Part shown: in pieces, positions 10,297 to 19,705 of the stretch | Layout of the letters: every line of letters begins with the position of its first letter | Numbering within the stretch: position 1 is the stretch's first letter | DNA from: Paludibacteraceae bacterium | GTDB taxonomy: Bacteria; Bacteroidota; Bacteroidia; Bacteroidales; Paludibacteraceae | NCBI GenBank assembly: GCA_034090015.1 | Contig: JAXDTJ010000018.1 | Span: 41,740 to 105,739 of the forward strand | Direction of reading: 5' to 3' | DNA length: 64,000 nucleotides | The notes under the pieces: model-generated | The model's input: the letters and a program-made list of their open reading frames with translations, nothing else | The model's database searches: none | Told to the model about the DNA's origin: nothing | Translations under genes and position numbers: made by a program

Positions 10297-11499
10297 CTAC
10301 TCAAATGCACCCATCTGGAGCATCGAGACCTCCTTGGGCGTGAGGAAACGGTACTTGCCGCGAGCAACGTTCTTCTTGGTGAGACCGGCGAACGACACGC
10401 GGTCAAGTTGCATCACCTTATAGCCCACTTTCTCGAAGATACGGCGCACCACGCGGTTCTGCCCGGAGTGAATCTCCAAGCCGATATGGCGGCGATCCTC
10501 TTTCGGGAACTCCAAGGCATCGGGCACGATCTTCTCATCGTCCAGCAAGATACCTTCGCGTACAGTGGCTTCGTCCGTCTCGTCTAAATCGCGGTCGAGC
10601 GTTACGGCGTAAATCTTCTTCTTGCCGAACTTCGGATGCGTCAGTTTGGCAGCCAAGTCGCCATCGTTGGTCAGCAGGAGCACGCCCGTGGTGTTGCGAT
10701 CAAGTCTGCCTACGGGGTAGATACGTTCGGAGCAGGCGTTGCGCACGATGTCAATCACCGTGTTGCGCTCTTGAGGGTCATCGGTGGTCGTTACGGTGTT
10801 CTTCGGCTTGTTGAGCAGGATATACACCTTGCGCTCGCGGCGCACAGGCTGGTCGTGGAACTGCACTTTATCGGTCGGCAGCACCTTTGCGCCCAGCGAA
10901 TCAACCACCACGCCGTTCACCGAGATTACGCCTGCCTGTATGAAGTCGTCTGCCTCACGGCGCGAGCAGATGCCCGCATTGGCGAGGTACTTGTTCAAAC
11001 GAATAGGCTTCGTGGGGTCTTCGTATTGCTTCTGATAGGTCTGGCGTTTGCGCTGGCTATAAACGCCGGCATTACGCTGCGGACGCGGACGGAAGGCACG
11101 TTGCTGTCCCTCGCCGTTACCATTGTTATAACCGTTGTTTCTGTTGTTTTCGTAGTTCTCGTTGCTACCGTTGTAGCCGCGATTGTTGTAGCGCGGACGT
11201 TGCTGATAGTCGGATTGGTTCCCGTTGTTGAACCTCGGGCGGGGTTGATACTCGCCCCCCTCGGCATTGTAGCGCGGGCGCGGCGTTACGCGCTCGGCGC
11301 GTTGCTGTCCGTCAGCAGGACGGCTGAAACGCTGACGAGGGCGACCTCCTTCGCGGCGGTTGTTGAATCCGTCAGGAGTACCCGAGTAGCCGTTGTTCTC
11401 ACGGCGGGCATTGTAGCCCCCTTCACGATGGGAATTGTCTGCATTGAAACGCGGGCGACGTGCGCCTTCTGCATTGAAATCTTGATGATCGTTGTACAT
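10297..11499 (-). CDS. rluB: 23S rRNA pseudouridine synthase, RsuA/RluB family, with Arg/Asn/Gly-rich N-terminal extension
   Basis: S4 domain (IRLNKYLANAGICSRREADDFI) and catalytic motif VGRLDRNTTGVLLLTNDG. Confidence 0.85.
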   Translation of the reverse strand: MYNDHQDFNAEGARRPRFNADNSHREGGYNARRENNGYSGTPDGFNNRREGGRPRQRFSRPADGQQRAERVTPRPRYNAEGGEYQPRPRFNNGNQSDYQQRPRYNNRGYNGSNENYENNRNNGYNNGNGEGQQRAFRPRPQRNAGVYSQRKRQTYQKQYEDPTKPIRLNKYLANAGICSRREADDFIQAGVISVNGVVVDSLGAKVLPTDKVQFHDQPVRRERKVYILLNKPKNTVTTTDDPQERNTVIDIVRNACSERIYPVGRLDRNTTGVLLLTNDGDLAAKLTHPKFGKKKIYAVTLDRDLDETDEATVREGILLDDEKIVPDALEFPKEDRRHIGLEIHSGQNRVVRRIFEKVGYKVMQLDRVSFAGLTKKNVARGKYRFLTPKEVSMLQMGAFE

Positions 11500-11583
11500 A
11501 ATCTTTTTGTCCTTTCTCTTTTGATTTAGGTTACGAGTAACCCTCGCGGGCTACGGGTACGCTCACGCGCACGGGAATAAAAT

Positions 11584-11671
11584 AATTAAGAATTATGAAT
11601 TAAGAATTAAGAGCGGCTTACGCCAACGGGATAACCACTGCCTCTTAATTCATAATTCTTAATTCTTAATT
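11584..11671. repeat. TTAAGAATTATGAA-word hairpin between rpmF and rluB
   Basis: Left arm AATTAAGAATTATGAATTAAGAATTAAGAG, 29-nt GC-rich loop, right arm CTCTTAATTCATAATTCTTAATTCTTAATT. Confidence 0.85.
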
Positions 11672-11683
11672 CTCAACATTCAC

Positions 11684-11869
11684 TTACGCTTCTGCTGCCT
11701 GCTCGATAGCCAGTTTGCCACGATAGTAGCCGCAAGAGGGGCATACGGTGTGGTAGATGTAGTGTGCACCACAGTTCGGGCAAATAGCCAATGCAGGTAC
11801 AATCAGTTTGTCATGCGTACGACGTTTCGCTTGTCTGGTGTGCGATTGTCTTCTTTTAGGATGTGCCAT
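11684..11869 (-). CDS. rpmF: 50S ribosomal protein L32
   Basis: MAHPKRRQSHTRQAKRRTHDKL start, CPNCG...CPSCG zinc ribbon, 61 aa. Confidence 0.95.
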   Translation of the reverse strand: MAHPKRRQSHTRQAKRRTHDKLIVPALAICPNCGAHYIYHTVCPSCGYYRGKLAIEQAAEA

Positions 11870-11947
11870 AGTTGTGTTATAATTTTACAGAATAATGTTA
11901 TACGTTTTGACTTGCCGCCTTCAAGTTAGTAGCCACGCAGAATAGCC

Positions 11948-12397
11948 CTATTCCTTGTCCTTCGGTTCGTCTATATCTTCATCCTCCGGCATGGTACAAA
12001 GGTGGTCTTGGAGAAGAGCATCCATTTGCGGATTACAACCACCGGCTTGGTGACTATGCACCAGCGGAAGATTCACAATTACAAGTTCATACGCCAGCCA
12101 CTCCAAGTCGAGCATCTCTGTGCCTTCGTCCATCTCCATATCGTCCTCGGCATCCACTGCCACGTCCATCGGGTCAAGACAACGGTCGCATGTAACTTGC
12201 ACCACACCACAGACTTTGATACGAAGGTCAAAGTCCTGCTCTCGGAGAGCCAACTCCGCTTTTGCCTGCACATTTCCGCCGAGCACTTCACTTTTCTCTA
12301 CACTTTGAAAGTACGCGCTATCTAACTCATAATCAAAGGAATAGTTACCTATTTCCAATTTAGAGAGCTCGATAATATGTGGCTTTTGTATAGGCAT
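11948..12397 (-). CDS. yceD: YceD/DUF177 family protein
   Basis: 149-aa acidic protein with a CDRCL motif directly upstream of rpmF, which is the canonical yceD-rpmF pairing. Confidence 0.8.
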   Translation of the reverse strand: MPIQKPHIIELSKLEIGNYSFDYELDSAYFQSVEKSEVLGGNVQAKAELALREQDFDLRIKVCGVVQVTCDRCLDPMDVAVDAEDDMEMDEGTEMLDLEWLAYELVIVNLPLVHSHQAGGCNPQMDALLQDHLCTMPEDEDIDEPKDKE

Positions 12398-12413
12398 AAC
12401 GCGAAATCGGCTG

Positions 12414-12421
12414 CAAAATTA
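12414..12421 (-). promoter_or_regulatory. -7 box TAATTTTG for yceD-rpmF-rluB
   Basis: TAnnTTTG on the minus strand, 17 nt upstream of the yceD ATG. Confidence 0.4.
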
Positions 12422-12497
12422 CTACTTTTTTTTGAAACTCACAAACTTTTCCGCAAAAAAAAACGCACGGATATTTGCATAGTTCGTTTTTTTTGTG

Positions 12498-12505
12498 TAC
12501 CTTTG
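12498..12505 (+). promoter_or_regulatory. -7 box TACCTTTG for glucokinase-deacetylase
   Basis: TAnnTTTG 81 nt before the ATG at 12587. Confidence 0.45.
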
Positions 12506-12535
12506 CGGGCGTTTTAAGCATTTTTTGGGCAAAAA

Positions 12536-12562
12536 ATCGTAATTCGTAAATCGTAAATCATT
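12536..12562. repeat. CGTAA(A/T)T word tract in glucokinase leader
   Basis: AAATCGTAATTCGTAAATCGTAAATC. Confidence 0.85.
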
Positions 12563-12586
12563 CTAACACTTAATACATTATCATTT

Positions 12587-13546
12587 ATGGAAAAACCTTA
12601 TGTCTTAGGGCTTGATATGGGAGGTACGAACTCCGTATTGGGCATCGTGGATGCCAGGGGACATGTGCTGGCACGTACATCCATCAAAACACAAGCGTAT
12701 GCAAAGATTGAAGATTATGTGAACGCTTTGTATGAAGAGGCGTTGAAAATCATTGAGCCCGTTGGCGGTATTGAGATGTTCCGCGGCATTGGTGCCGGCG
12801 CGCCGAATGCTAACTACTACTCGGGAAATATTGAGTATGCAGCCAACCTGCCATGGAAAGGTATCGTTCCTTTCGCTGAACTGATGACAGCAAAGTTCGG
12901 TATCCCCTGCCGTATTACCAACGATGCCAACGCGGCTGCGATGGGAGAGATGGCGTACGGTGCTGCACGCGGCATGAAGAACTTCATCATGATTACTCTC
13001 GGCACCGGCGTAGGCTCCGGTATTGTGATTGACGGAAAGTTGGTCTATGGACACGATGGTTTTGCCGGTGAGTTAGGGCATACCAAGATCGTTCGCGGCG
13101 AGAACGCACGTCTCTGCGGCTGCGGACACAAAGGCTGCTTGGAGGCGTATGCTTCGGCTACGGGCGTAGCACGCACCGCACGCGAAATAGTGATGAACAC
13201 CAACGAGCCTACACTCCTGCGCAACTTAGAGCCCGAGAGTATCACCTCGAAGGATGTCTTCGACGCCGCTGAGCAAGGCGACGAGGTGGCTAAGCGTATC
13301 TTCGACGAGACGGGCAAGATGCTCGGACAGAAGTTCGCTGACTTCGTGGCATTCTCCGCACCTGAGGCGATTATCCTCTTCGGAGGCATGACCAAGTGCG
13401 GACACTATATCCTCGACCCCATCGTGAAGACGATGAACGAAGATGTGCTCCCCATCTGGCAAAACAAAGTGAAAGTGATGTTCTCTGACTTGAAAGAGGC
13501 AGACGCTGCCGTGCTCGGTGCTTCGGCATTGGCATGGGGGGAATAA
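12587..13546 (+). CDS. ROK family glucokinase
   Basis: LGLDMGGTN ATP-binding N-terminus, GELGH, and Zn motif CGCGHKGCLEAYAS. Confidence 0.85.
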   Translation: MEKPYVLGLDMGGTNSVLGIVDARGHVLARTSIKTQAYAKIEDYVNALYEEALKIIEPVGGIEMFRGIGAGAPNANYYSGNIEYAANLPWKGIVPFAELMTAKFGIPCRITNDANAAAMGEMAYGAARGMKNFIMITLGTGVGSGIVIDGKLVYGHDGFAGELGHTKIVRGENARLCGCGHKGCLEAYASATGVARTAREIVMNTNEPTLLRNLEPESITSKDVFDAAEQGDEVAKRIFDETGKMLGQKFADFVAFSAPEAIILFGGMTKCGHYILDPIVKTMNEDVLPIWQNKVKVMFSDLKEADAAVLGASALAWGE

Positions 13547-13550
13547 GACC

Positions 13551-14189
13551 ATGGTGAGACTGCTTTATCAATTCCCTATGTGGTGGCAGAAGATGTACAG
13601 AACCGCAACATGGCGCATACAGCCTGAGCGCAAAGCCGTCTATCTGACCTTCGACGACGGACCAATACCTGAGGTAACCCCTCGGGTATTGGACGTTTTA
13701 CGCAAGTACCATGTCAAAGCCACCTTCTTCATGGTGGCGGACAACGTGCGCAAACACCCGGAGGTCTATCGGCAAGTGGTAGCAGAAGGGCACTCCGTCG
13801 GCAACCATACTTTCCATCATGTGAAAGGCATGCGTCTCCCCACCTCTGCTTACCTGCGCGAGGTGGATAAAGCAGCCGCCCTCTTGGGCAACACCCGCCT
13901 CTTTCGACCGCCTTATGGCAGGACATGGGTCTGGCAACGCAAAGCCCTGCTGCAACGCGGATACAAGATTTACCTGTGGGACGTGCTCACGCACGATTAC
14001 CACAAGAAATACTCGCCCGAGCGCATGCTTTCTATCATCAAAACTCTCACCCGCAACGGCAGTATCATCAACTTTCACGACTCTTTGAAATCCAACGAGC
14101 GCATGCTCCAAGTCCTTCCTCAAGCCATCGAATGGCTCCAAGCCGAAGGCTACGACATACTGCCGATAACTCCAAAAGACGGTAAGTAA
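13551..14189 (+). CDS. polysaccharide deacetylase (NodB homology domain)
   Basis: YLTFDDGP, GNHTFHH and RPPYG motifs. I prefer the ATG at 13551 over 13518 because it avoids overlap with the upstream gene. Confidence 0.8.
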   Translation: MVRLLYQFPMWWQKMYRTATWRIQPERKAVYLTFDDGPIPEVTPRVLDVLRKYHVKATFFMVADNVRKHPEVYRQVVAEGHSVGNHTFHHVKGMRLPTSAYLREVDKAAALLGNTRLFRPPYGRTWVWQRKALLQRGYKIYLWDVLTHDYHKKYSPERMLSIIKTLTRNGSIINFHDSLKSNERMLQVLPQAIEWLQAEGYDILPITPKDGK

Positions 14190-14223
14190 CTTTTTAACGT
14201 ATCATTCTCACTTGCTTTCCTTT

Positions 14224-14348
14224 CAACATATAATTACCGTATAATTAACCATTAATTTTTCTTTGCTGAATTATTAGGAATACATACACGTAGAAATGTC
14301 CTCAATGAAAATAATTAATGAATAATTACACGTTAATTATATGTTAAA
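14224..14348. repeat. ACATATAATTACCGTATAATTAACC-word hairpin
   Basis: The left arm is ~85 % identical over ~50 nt to 56661-56712. The right arm is an imperfect complement (TTAATTATATGTT). Confidence 0.7.
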
Positions 14349-14464
14349 ATGTAAATTGGCAATTACACGTTAAATGTACTACATTACCTATCATACACGT
14401 CAATTAAACGTGAAATGTATCACACCTTGATTATATGTTAGAAGTTGATTTGCACCGATCTCCA

Positions 14465-16330
14465 ATGCGGCTCATCGCATTCTCCCTGCTGTTGCTGTTT
14501 TTCTCTTCGTGTGCCAACCGAGGGATTGGACCGCAGGGAGGACCCAAAGACACTATCCCCCCGCGGATGGTGAAAGAGCAACCGCTGAACCAGTCCGTCA
14601 ACTTCCACGGAAAGAAGATAGAAATCACCTTCAACGAGTATCTGCAACTCGATAACATCCAGCAGAATCTGCTTGTCTCTCCGCCGCAGCAAGTGTCTCC
14701 TATCGTGAAAGCCGTCGGCAAGAAAGTAACCGTGGAGATGCAGGAAGACCTCATCGACTCCACTACCTACACCCTTGACTTCGGCAACGCTATCTGCGAC
14801 TATACAGAGAAGAACCCCTTGCGCGGCTATGTGTTTGCCTTTTCCACAGGCGACCGCATTGACTCTATGGAGGTCTATGGGCGTGTTGCCAATGCCGAGG
14901 ACCTCAACCCCGTCTCGGGACTGATGGTCGGACTGCAAGCCAACCTCCATGATAGCGCTTTCTCCACCCTGCCTTTCACCCGCGTAGCGCGCTCCGACTC
15001 CTTGGGCGAGTTCGGTATTCAGAACCTGCGCAACGGCGTTTACCGTCTTTATGCCCTCCAAGACCAGAGCCGAGACTTCCTATACCAGCCCGGCGAGGGA
15101 CTGGCGTTCGCCGACTCACTCGTCATACCCGAATACGAGACAGAAATCGTCTTCGACACAATATGGAAAGAACTCGCCGATACCATCGATTCCCTCGCGT
15201 CGGTGCCACAAATCGACACCATCCTGACTATCCAAAACACCTATGTAGGCCCCGCGGACTTGCTGCTCTGGTTCTTCAAGGAAGACAAGCAACGCCACTA
15301 TTTCCAGCGTGTGTACCGCGATGAGCCGCATATCATCAAGTTGCAGTTCTCCGCGCCGCAAGACAGCCTCCCCGCTCTGCGCGCCTTGCCGCCCTCTGCC
15401 ATGGACTCCACGCGCGCCGACAGCCTGTGGACGGACCCGTGGGCATACACCCTCCTCCAAGCCAACCCCACGCGCGACACCCTCGTCTATTGGCTCACCG
15501 ACTCCATCGCCATCCGCCAAGACACCATCTATCTGGAGATGACTTACCTCAAGTCCGACTCCCTATATAACCTCGTGCCGCAGATCGATACCGTCTCCGC
15601 CATCTACCGTGCACCGCGCATGACCCAGAAAGCCAAAGAGGCGCAGGAGAAGAAAGCCCGCGAGCGCAAACTCGATCTCAAGAGCAATGCGAAAGACAAG
15701 TTCGAAGTGTACGACACGCTATGCGTCGTCTCTGCTTTCCCAATCGACTCTATCTACACCGACAGCATTCGCCTCTACGAGAAGCAAGACACCCTGCTCA
15801 TAGACAAGCCCTTCACGCTCTGCCAAAAGGATGTGATGAGTTTCCAAATCATCGCCCCCTTGCAGCAAGGTAAGCAGTATGAGTTGCACCTCGACTCTGC
15901 TGCTGTGCGCGACATCTATGGCGTGGCGAGCGACAAGAAGAAGTTCACGCTCAAACTGAAGACCGCCGAAGACTACTCCACTTTGCTCATCCGCCTGCCG
16001 GACTACGACCCGCGTATCCGCTTGCAGTTGCTCAGCGAGAAAGACCAGCCTGTGCGCGAGTTGCCTGCCCGCGAGGAGGGGACGAAGTTCGAGTACCTCG
16101 CTCCCAAGACCTATTACCTGCGCCTCTATTTCGACTTGAACGGCGACGGCAGGTGGACGACGGGCGACTGGGCGACTAAGCGACAACCCGAGCCGGTCTA
16201 TTATTTCCCTGCTAAACTCAGCCTGCGCGCCAACTGGGACTTCGAGGAGCGTTTCGACTACCTCGCCCGTCCCCAACTGGAAGCCAAGCCCCGCGAACTC
16301 CGCAAAGACGCCACTGCTACGAAGAAATAA
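14465..16330 (+). CDS. Ig-like domain lipoprotein, function unknown
   Basis: Lipoprotein signal MRLIAFSLLLLFFSSC from the ATG at 14465. The N-terminal DTIPP...ITFNEYL pattern is Big_5/SbsA-Ig-like. The rest is unassigned. Confidence 0.6.
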   Translation: MRLIAFSLLLLFFSSCANRGIGPQGGPKDTIPPRMVKEQPLNQSVNFHGKKIEITFNEYLQLDNIQQNLLVSPPQQVSPIVKAVGKKVTVEMQEDLIDSTTYTLDFGNAICDYTEKNPLRGYVFAFSTGDRIDSMEVYGRVANAEDLNPVSGLMVGLQANLHDSAFSTLPFTRVARSDSLGEFGIQNLRNGVYRLYALQDQSRDFLYQPGEGLAFADSLVIPEYETEIVFDTIWKELADTIDSLASVPQIDTILTIQNTYVGPADLLLWFFKEDKQRHYFQRVYRDEPHIIKLQFSAPQDSLPALRALPPSAMDSTRADSLWTDPWAYTLLQANPTRDTLVYWLTDSIAIRQDTIYLEMTYLKSDSLYNLVPQIDTVSAIYRAPRMTQKAKEAQEKKARERKLDLKSNAKDKFEVYDTLCVVSAFPIDSIYTDSIRLYEKQDTLLIDKPFTLCQKDVMSFQIIAPLQQGKQYELHLDSAAVRDIYGVASDKKKFTLKLKTAEDYSTLLIRLPDYDPRIRLQLLSEKDQPVRELPAREEGTKFEYLAPKTYYLRLYFDLNGDGRWTTGDWATKRQPEPVYYFPAKLSLRANWDFEERFDYLARPQLEAKPRELRKDATATKK

Positions 16331-16354
16331 CCTTCAGCCTAATCTGTAATCAAA

Positions 16355-17479
16355 ATGGGGTGGTATCTTTTTATATTATTTCCAGCGGTGGTCGCCATCA
16401 TATGGGCAGTGGTAGTGAAAGTGCGTGCGAGAGCGTGGCGCGACGTGGTGGATATGCTTATCTGCGCCGTGGCGACGCTGGTCAACGCATTTTTTGTTTG
16501 CTACGCTTTCTCACCGAGCAGCCTGCCGCCCTGCGGACTGGTGATTAGGCAACTGCTCTCGGCGGTTATCCTGCCGGTTGCCTATATCTTTTTTGCCCGC
16601 CAACTCTCTATGGGCAAGTGGGACACCGTCATCACCACGCTCCTGTGGTCGTCGCTGCTGCTTTTCATCCTCCCGGGAGGGGTCATCTTCTTGGACGAAA
16701 CGCCCTTGAACACCGGCGTGGTCTGCCGCTGGGTGTACTATTGCGCCTACCATGGGCGTATCCTCTTCCGCTGCGAGACGGCGGATATCGTGCTGTGTTT
16801 GCAGACTTGGCTCGTGGTAATCAGTTATATTGACATCGCGCGAATCCTGCGCAAGTACGGCATGCGTGCCTCGGGGAAGTTGCGCTATTTCATGGTGTGG
16901 TGTACCGCAATGATGTTGTTCATCTTTTCCTGCGCACTGAGCGATATCCTCTATGCAGGCGGTCGCGAGTGGTTGTTCTTCGTGCTCTATTCCCTGCTCC
17001 TCACCTCTATCTACGGCTTGCTGGCACTGAATTTCGACCTGCGCCCCTACCTGCAACAGATGGTGGCGGAGGAAGAAAATGTGAAGGAATACACGGTGCA
17101 AATAGGGCAGCCCGTGGATGCCGAAAAGATGATTATCCAGACCCAATGCTTGGCGGAGCAGGTGCGCGTGCTGATGGAGCAGGAGCAGGTATGGCTCCAC
17201 CCCGGCTACAGTTCCAAAGACGCTATCGCCGCACTGGGCACCAACCGCACGTATTTCGCCCGCATGATGATGACGGAGTTCGGCTGCCGCTTCGGAGACT
17301 TGGTCTTGAAGCGTCGCATGGACGAGGCACGCCGCCTCTTGAGCACCACCGACATGACCATCACCGAGGTGGCAGATAAAAGCGGATTCGGCGACGCGGG
17401 CACTATGACCGCCCGCTTCAAGGAGATAGAGCATATCACGCCCGCTAAGTGGAGACAAAAAGCAAAACGGCAGTATTAG
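16355..17479 (+). CDS. membrane-anchored AraC/XylS family transcriptional regulator
   Basis: The first ~230 aa are a run of hydrophobic helices. The C-terminus is an AraC HTH pair (TYFARMMMTEFG..., ITEVADKSGFGDAGTMTARFKE). Confidence 0.75.
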   Translation: MGWYLFILFPAVVAIIWAVVVKVRARAWRDVVDMLICAVATLVNAFFVCYAFSPSSLPPCGLVIRQLLSAVILPVAYIFFARQLSMGKWDTVITTLLWSSLLLFILPGGVIFLDETPLNTGVVCRWVYYCAYHGRILFRCETADIVLCLQTWLVVISYIDIARILRKYGMRASGKLRYFMVWCTAMMLFIFSCALSDILYAGGREWLFFVLYSLLLTSIYGLLALNFDLRPYLQQMVAEEENVKEYTVQIGQPVDAEKMIIQTQCLAEQVRVLMEQEQVWLHPGYSSKDAIAALGTNRTYFARMMMTEFGCRFGDLVLKRRMDEARRLLSTTDMTITEVADKSGFGDAGTMTARFKEIEHITPAKWRQKAKRQY

Positions 17480-17505
17480 ATTCTGATAATCAGCGTTTTG
17501 TAATA

Positions 17506-17548
17506 AAAACATGGAAATCGTCAATTGACGTTTTCCATGTTTTTTTTG
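17506..17548 (+). terminator. terminator after AraC-like gene
   Basis: AAACATGGAAA-TCGTCAATTGACG-TTTCCATGTTTTTTTT. The 3' half plus T-run is then duplicated (17534-17575). Confidence 0.7.
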
Positions 17549-17603
17549 ATGATTCCCATGTTTTTTTTGATGATTTCTGTGCGATATTTACCAAAAAAAG
17601 TAG

Positions 17604-17611
17604 TATCTTTG
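17604..17611 (+). promoter_or_regulatory. -7 box TATCTTTG for symporter operon
   Basis: AAAAAAAGTAGTATCTTTGC context, 276 nt before the ATG at 17888. Confidence 0.45.
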
Positions 17612-17640
17612 CAGACTTTTTGAGAAAATTAGACCGTCTT

Positions 17641-17880
17641 GCGACTGTCAGACCGCTGTCCGACTGATTTACTGGGGACGCGGGCGGCTCGCCCGCGGGC
17701 CCGTCGGGCCCGAACAGCGGGTGTGGGCCATGTGATATCCTCCACGGCTTGCGCCTTGCCCGGGGGCGAGACGCCCGCGTCCCCAGTAAATCAGTCGTTC
17801 AGCGCAGCGGTCGGACAATGAAATGGTCCCGATAAATCGGGATGCAAGCATCTGACAGCGAAGCGGTCAGAAACATCTGT
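17641..17880. repeat. composite element: CAGACCGC-word palindrome with nested GC-rich MITE-like insert
   Basis: Perfect 25-bp inverted repeat GACTGATTTACTGGGGACGCGGGCG (17662-17686 / 17772-17796), flanked by GACCGC and GCGGTC words. Confidence 0.8.
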
Positions 17881-17887
17881 TAATCCC

Positions 17888-19090
17888 ATGAGAATCCCTC
17901 GTATTCCTCTTTTAGTCCGTGTGCTGATTGCCATTGCCTTGGGTATCGCTTTCGGCTTGTTCATGCCCGCTTGGGGTGTGCGTATCTTCACCACCTTCAA
18001 CGCTCTGTTCGACCAACTGCTGCGGTTCCTTATCCCGCTGATTATTTTGGGCTTGGTAACACCCGCCATCGCCGATTTGGGCAAGGGCGCATCGCGTCTG
18101 CTCCTGCTCACGGTGGGCATTGCTTACGTGGCGACTGTCCTCTCGGGTTTGTTCGGATACGGCTGCAGCATGCTTATCTTCCCGCATATCATCCACGCTT
18201 GCGAAGGCGAGACAACGGCTGCGGGCGCGGTGCCCGCTTTCCCGCCCTATTTCGAGGTGAGCATTCCGCCGCTCTTCGATGTGATGACGGCGCTTGCCAC
18301 GGCGTTTCTGCTCGGCTTGGGCATTGCCTTCCTTGCGGGCAAAGAGTCGGGCACGGAGGCGGAAGGCGGGCTGAAACGTGCCGCCCGCGAGTTCCAGAGT
18401 ATCGTGGTGCTGGCTATCCAAAAAGTCATCATCCCCTTGCTGCCGCTCTATATCTTCGGTGTCTTCATGAGCATGACCGCTTCGGGCGAGGCGGGCACTA
18501 TCTTGGTGAACTTTGCCGAGGTGATAGCCGTCCTCATCGGGCTCACGCTGGTCATCCTGCTCTTGCAGTATCTGGTTGCGGGCGCGGTGGTCAAGCGTAA
18601 TCCGTTCAAACTGCTCTGGACGATGTCCCCCGCCTATTTCACGGCGTTGGGCTGTTGCAGTTCGGCGGCGACCATCCCCGTAACGCTCAGGCAGACGCTC
18701 CAGAACGGTGTGAACGCCGATGTGGCGGGCTTTGTGGTGCCCCTCTGCGCCACCATCCACATGAGCGGCTCTATCGCGAAAATCACGGGTACCGCCATCG
18801 CCATCATGCTTATGCAGGGCGTACCCTTTGACGCATGGCAGATAGTCGGCTTCGTCCTCATGCTCGCCATCACCATGGTGGCAGCCCCGGGCGTGCCGGG
18901 CGGCTGCGTGATGGCGTCGCTGGGCTTGCTCGGCAGCATGCTGGGCTTCACGGGCGAGCAACAGGCACTCATGATAGCCATCTACATCGCCATCGACTCC
19001 TTCGGCACCGCCTGCAACGTAACGGGCGACGGCGCTATCGCCTTAATTATTGACAAAATACAATCCACTAATAAACTAAAACAATTATGA
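17888..19090 (+). CDS. dicarboxylate/amino acid:cation symporter (DAACS/SDF family)
   Basis: Polytopic membrane protein with SSAATIPV and NVTGDG motifs. Confidence 0.85.
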   Translation: MRIPRIPLLVRVLIAIALGIAFGLFMPAWGVRIFTTFNALFDQLLRFLIPLIILGLVTPAIADLGKGASRLLLLTVGIAYVATVLSGLFGYGCSMLIFPHIIHACEGETTAAGAVPAFPPYFEVSIPPLFDVMTALATAFLLGLGIAFLAGKESGTEAEGGLKRAAREFQSIVVLAIQKVIIPLLPLYIFGVFMSMTASGEAGTILVNFAEVIAVLIGLTLVILLLQYLVAGAVVKRNPFKLLWTMSPAYFTALGCCSSAATIPVTLRQTLQNGVNADVAGFVVPLCATIHMSGSIAKITGTAIAIMLMQGVPFDAWQIVGFVLMLAITMVAAPGVPGGCVMASLGLLGSMLGFTGEQQALMIAIYIAIDSFGTACNVTGDGAIALIIDKIQSTNKLKQL

Positions 19091-19524
19091 AAAAACTATG
19101 TTTCATTGCGGCTACCGTAGTAGCCATGGTGCTGGGAATGACTGGCTGTTTCACAACGGAAGTATCTGATGTAAACATCTATTGCCGAGTGAGTTCCAAT
19201 GCGTCCTCCAGCACTACCAAGCCTGTAACGCCGGGACTCGACGACAGTGAGTTGAAAAGCATTTTCAAAAAACACATGCTGACTTTGGGTGAGCCTTTTG
19301 GTGATGATGGTATCATTATCCGCCGCCAAAACAACGAGAAGAATGTGAAGCAAGCCATCCTCGAAGCGGCGCAGGAAGCCGATGCCGAGGTGAAAGAGAA
19401 GTACGGCAACCCCGTTACCGTAAAGGAGAACTACAAAAGCCTCAAAATGTCGGTCTATTACGACTTCGCCGATAACCCCGAAGTAAAAGTGGTAACCTAT
19501 ATCTACAAAGAAGAAACAGAATAA
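19087..19524 (+). CDS. small lipoprotein, unknown function
   Basis: MKKLCFIAATVVAMVLGMTGC lipobox. An ATGA overlap with the symporter stop suggests translational coupling. Confidence 0.6.
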   Translation: MKKLCFIAATVVAMVLGMTGCFTTEVSDVNIYCRVSSNASSSTTKPVTPGLDDSELKSIFKKHMLTLGEPFGDDGIIIRRQNNEKNVKQAILEAAQEADAEVKEKYGNPVTVKENYKSLKMSVYYDFADNPEVKVVTYIYKEETE

Positions 19525-19535
19525 CCGCTTAATTG

Positions 19536-19692
19536 CGACCGCAGACGCTAAAAGACCTTCTATCGACTGCAAGACCGCGCTTTGCACTGTAAGACTGATA
19601 TACAATTAAATACTGAATAAGTCGGACAGTGCACTGTCGTTCAGCGATAGCGGTCGGATAGTGCAACGGTCGTTCAGCGATAGCGGTCGTAA
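19536..19692. repeat. ~155-bp CAGACCGC-word palindrome after lipoprotein gene
   Basis: GACCGC words on the left, GCGGTC words on the right, centre GACTGATATAC...CTGAATAAGTC. Confidence 0.8.
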
Positions 19693-19705
19693 ACCAAAAT
19701 CAACC

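Noticed and set aside
10990-11499. Arg/Asn/Gly-rich N-terminal extension of RluB as a repeat insertion
   Set aside because: No nucleotide match to any spacer word family was found. Basic low-complexity extensions are common on RluB-type enzymes.
16511-18961. 337-aa and 349-aa minus-strand ORFs (16511-17524, 17912-18961)
   Set aside because: They are antisense to the AraC-like and symporter genes. Their translations are Arg/His/Gly-rich with no motifs.
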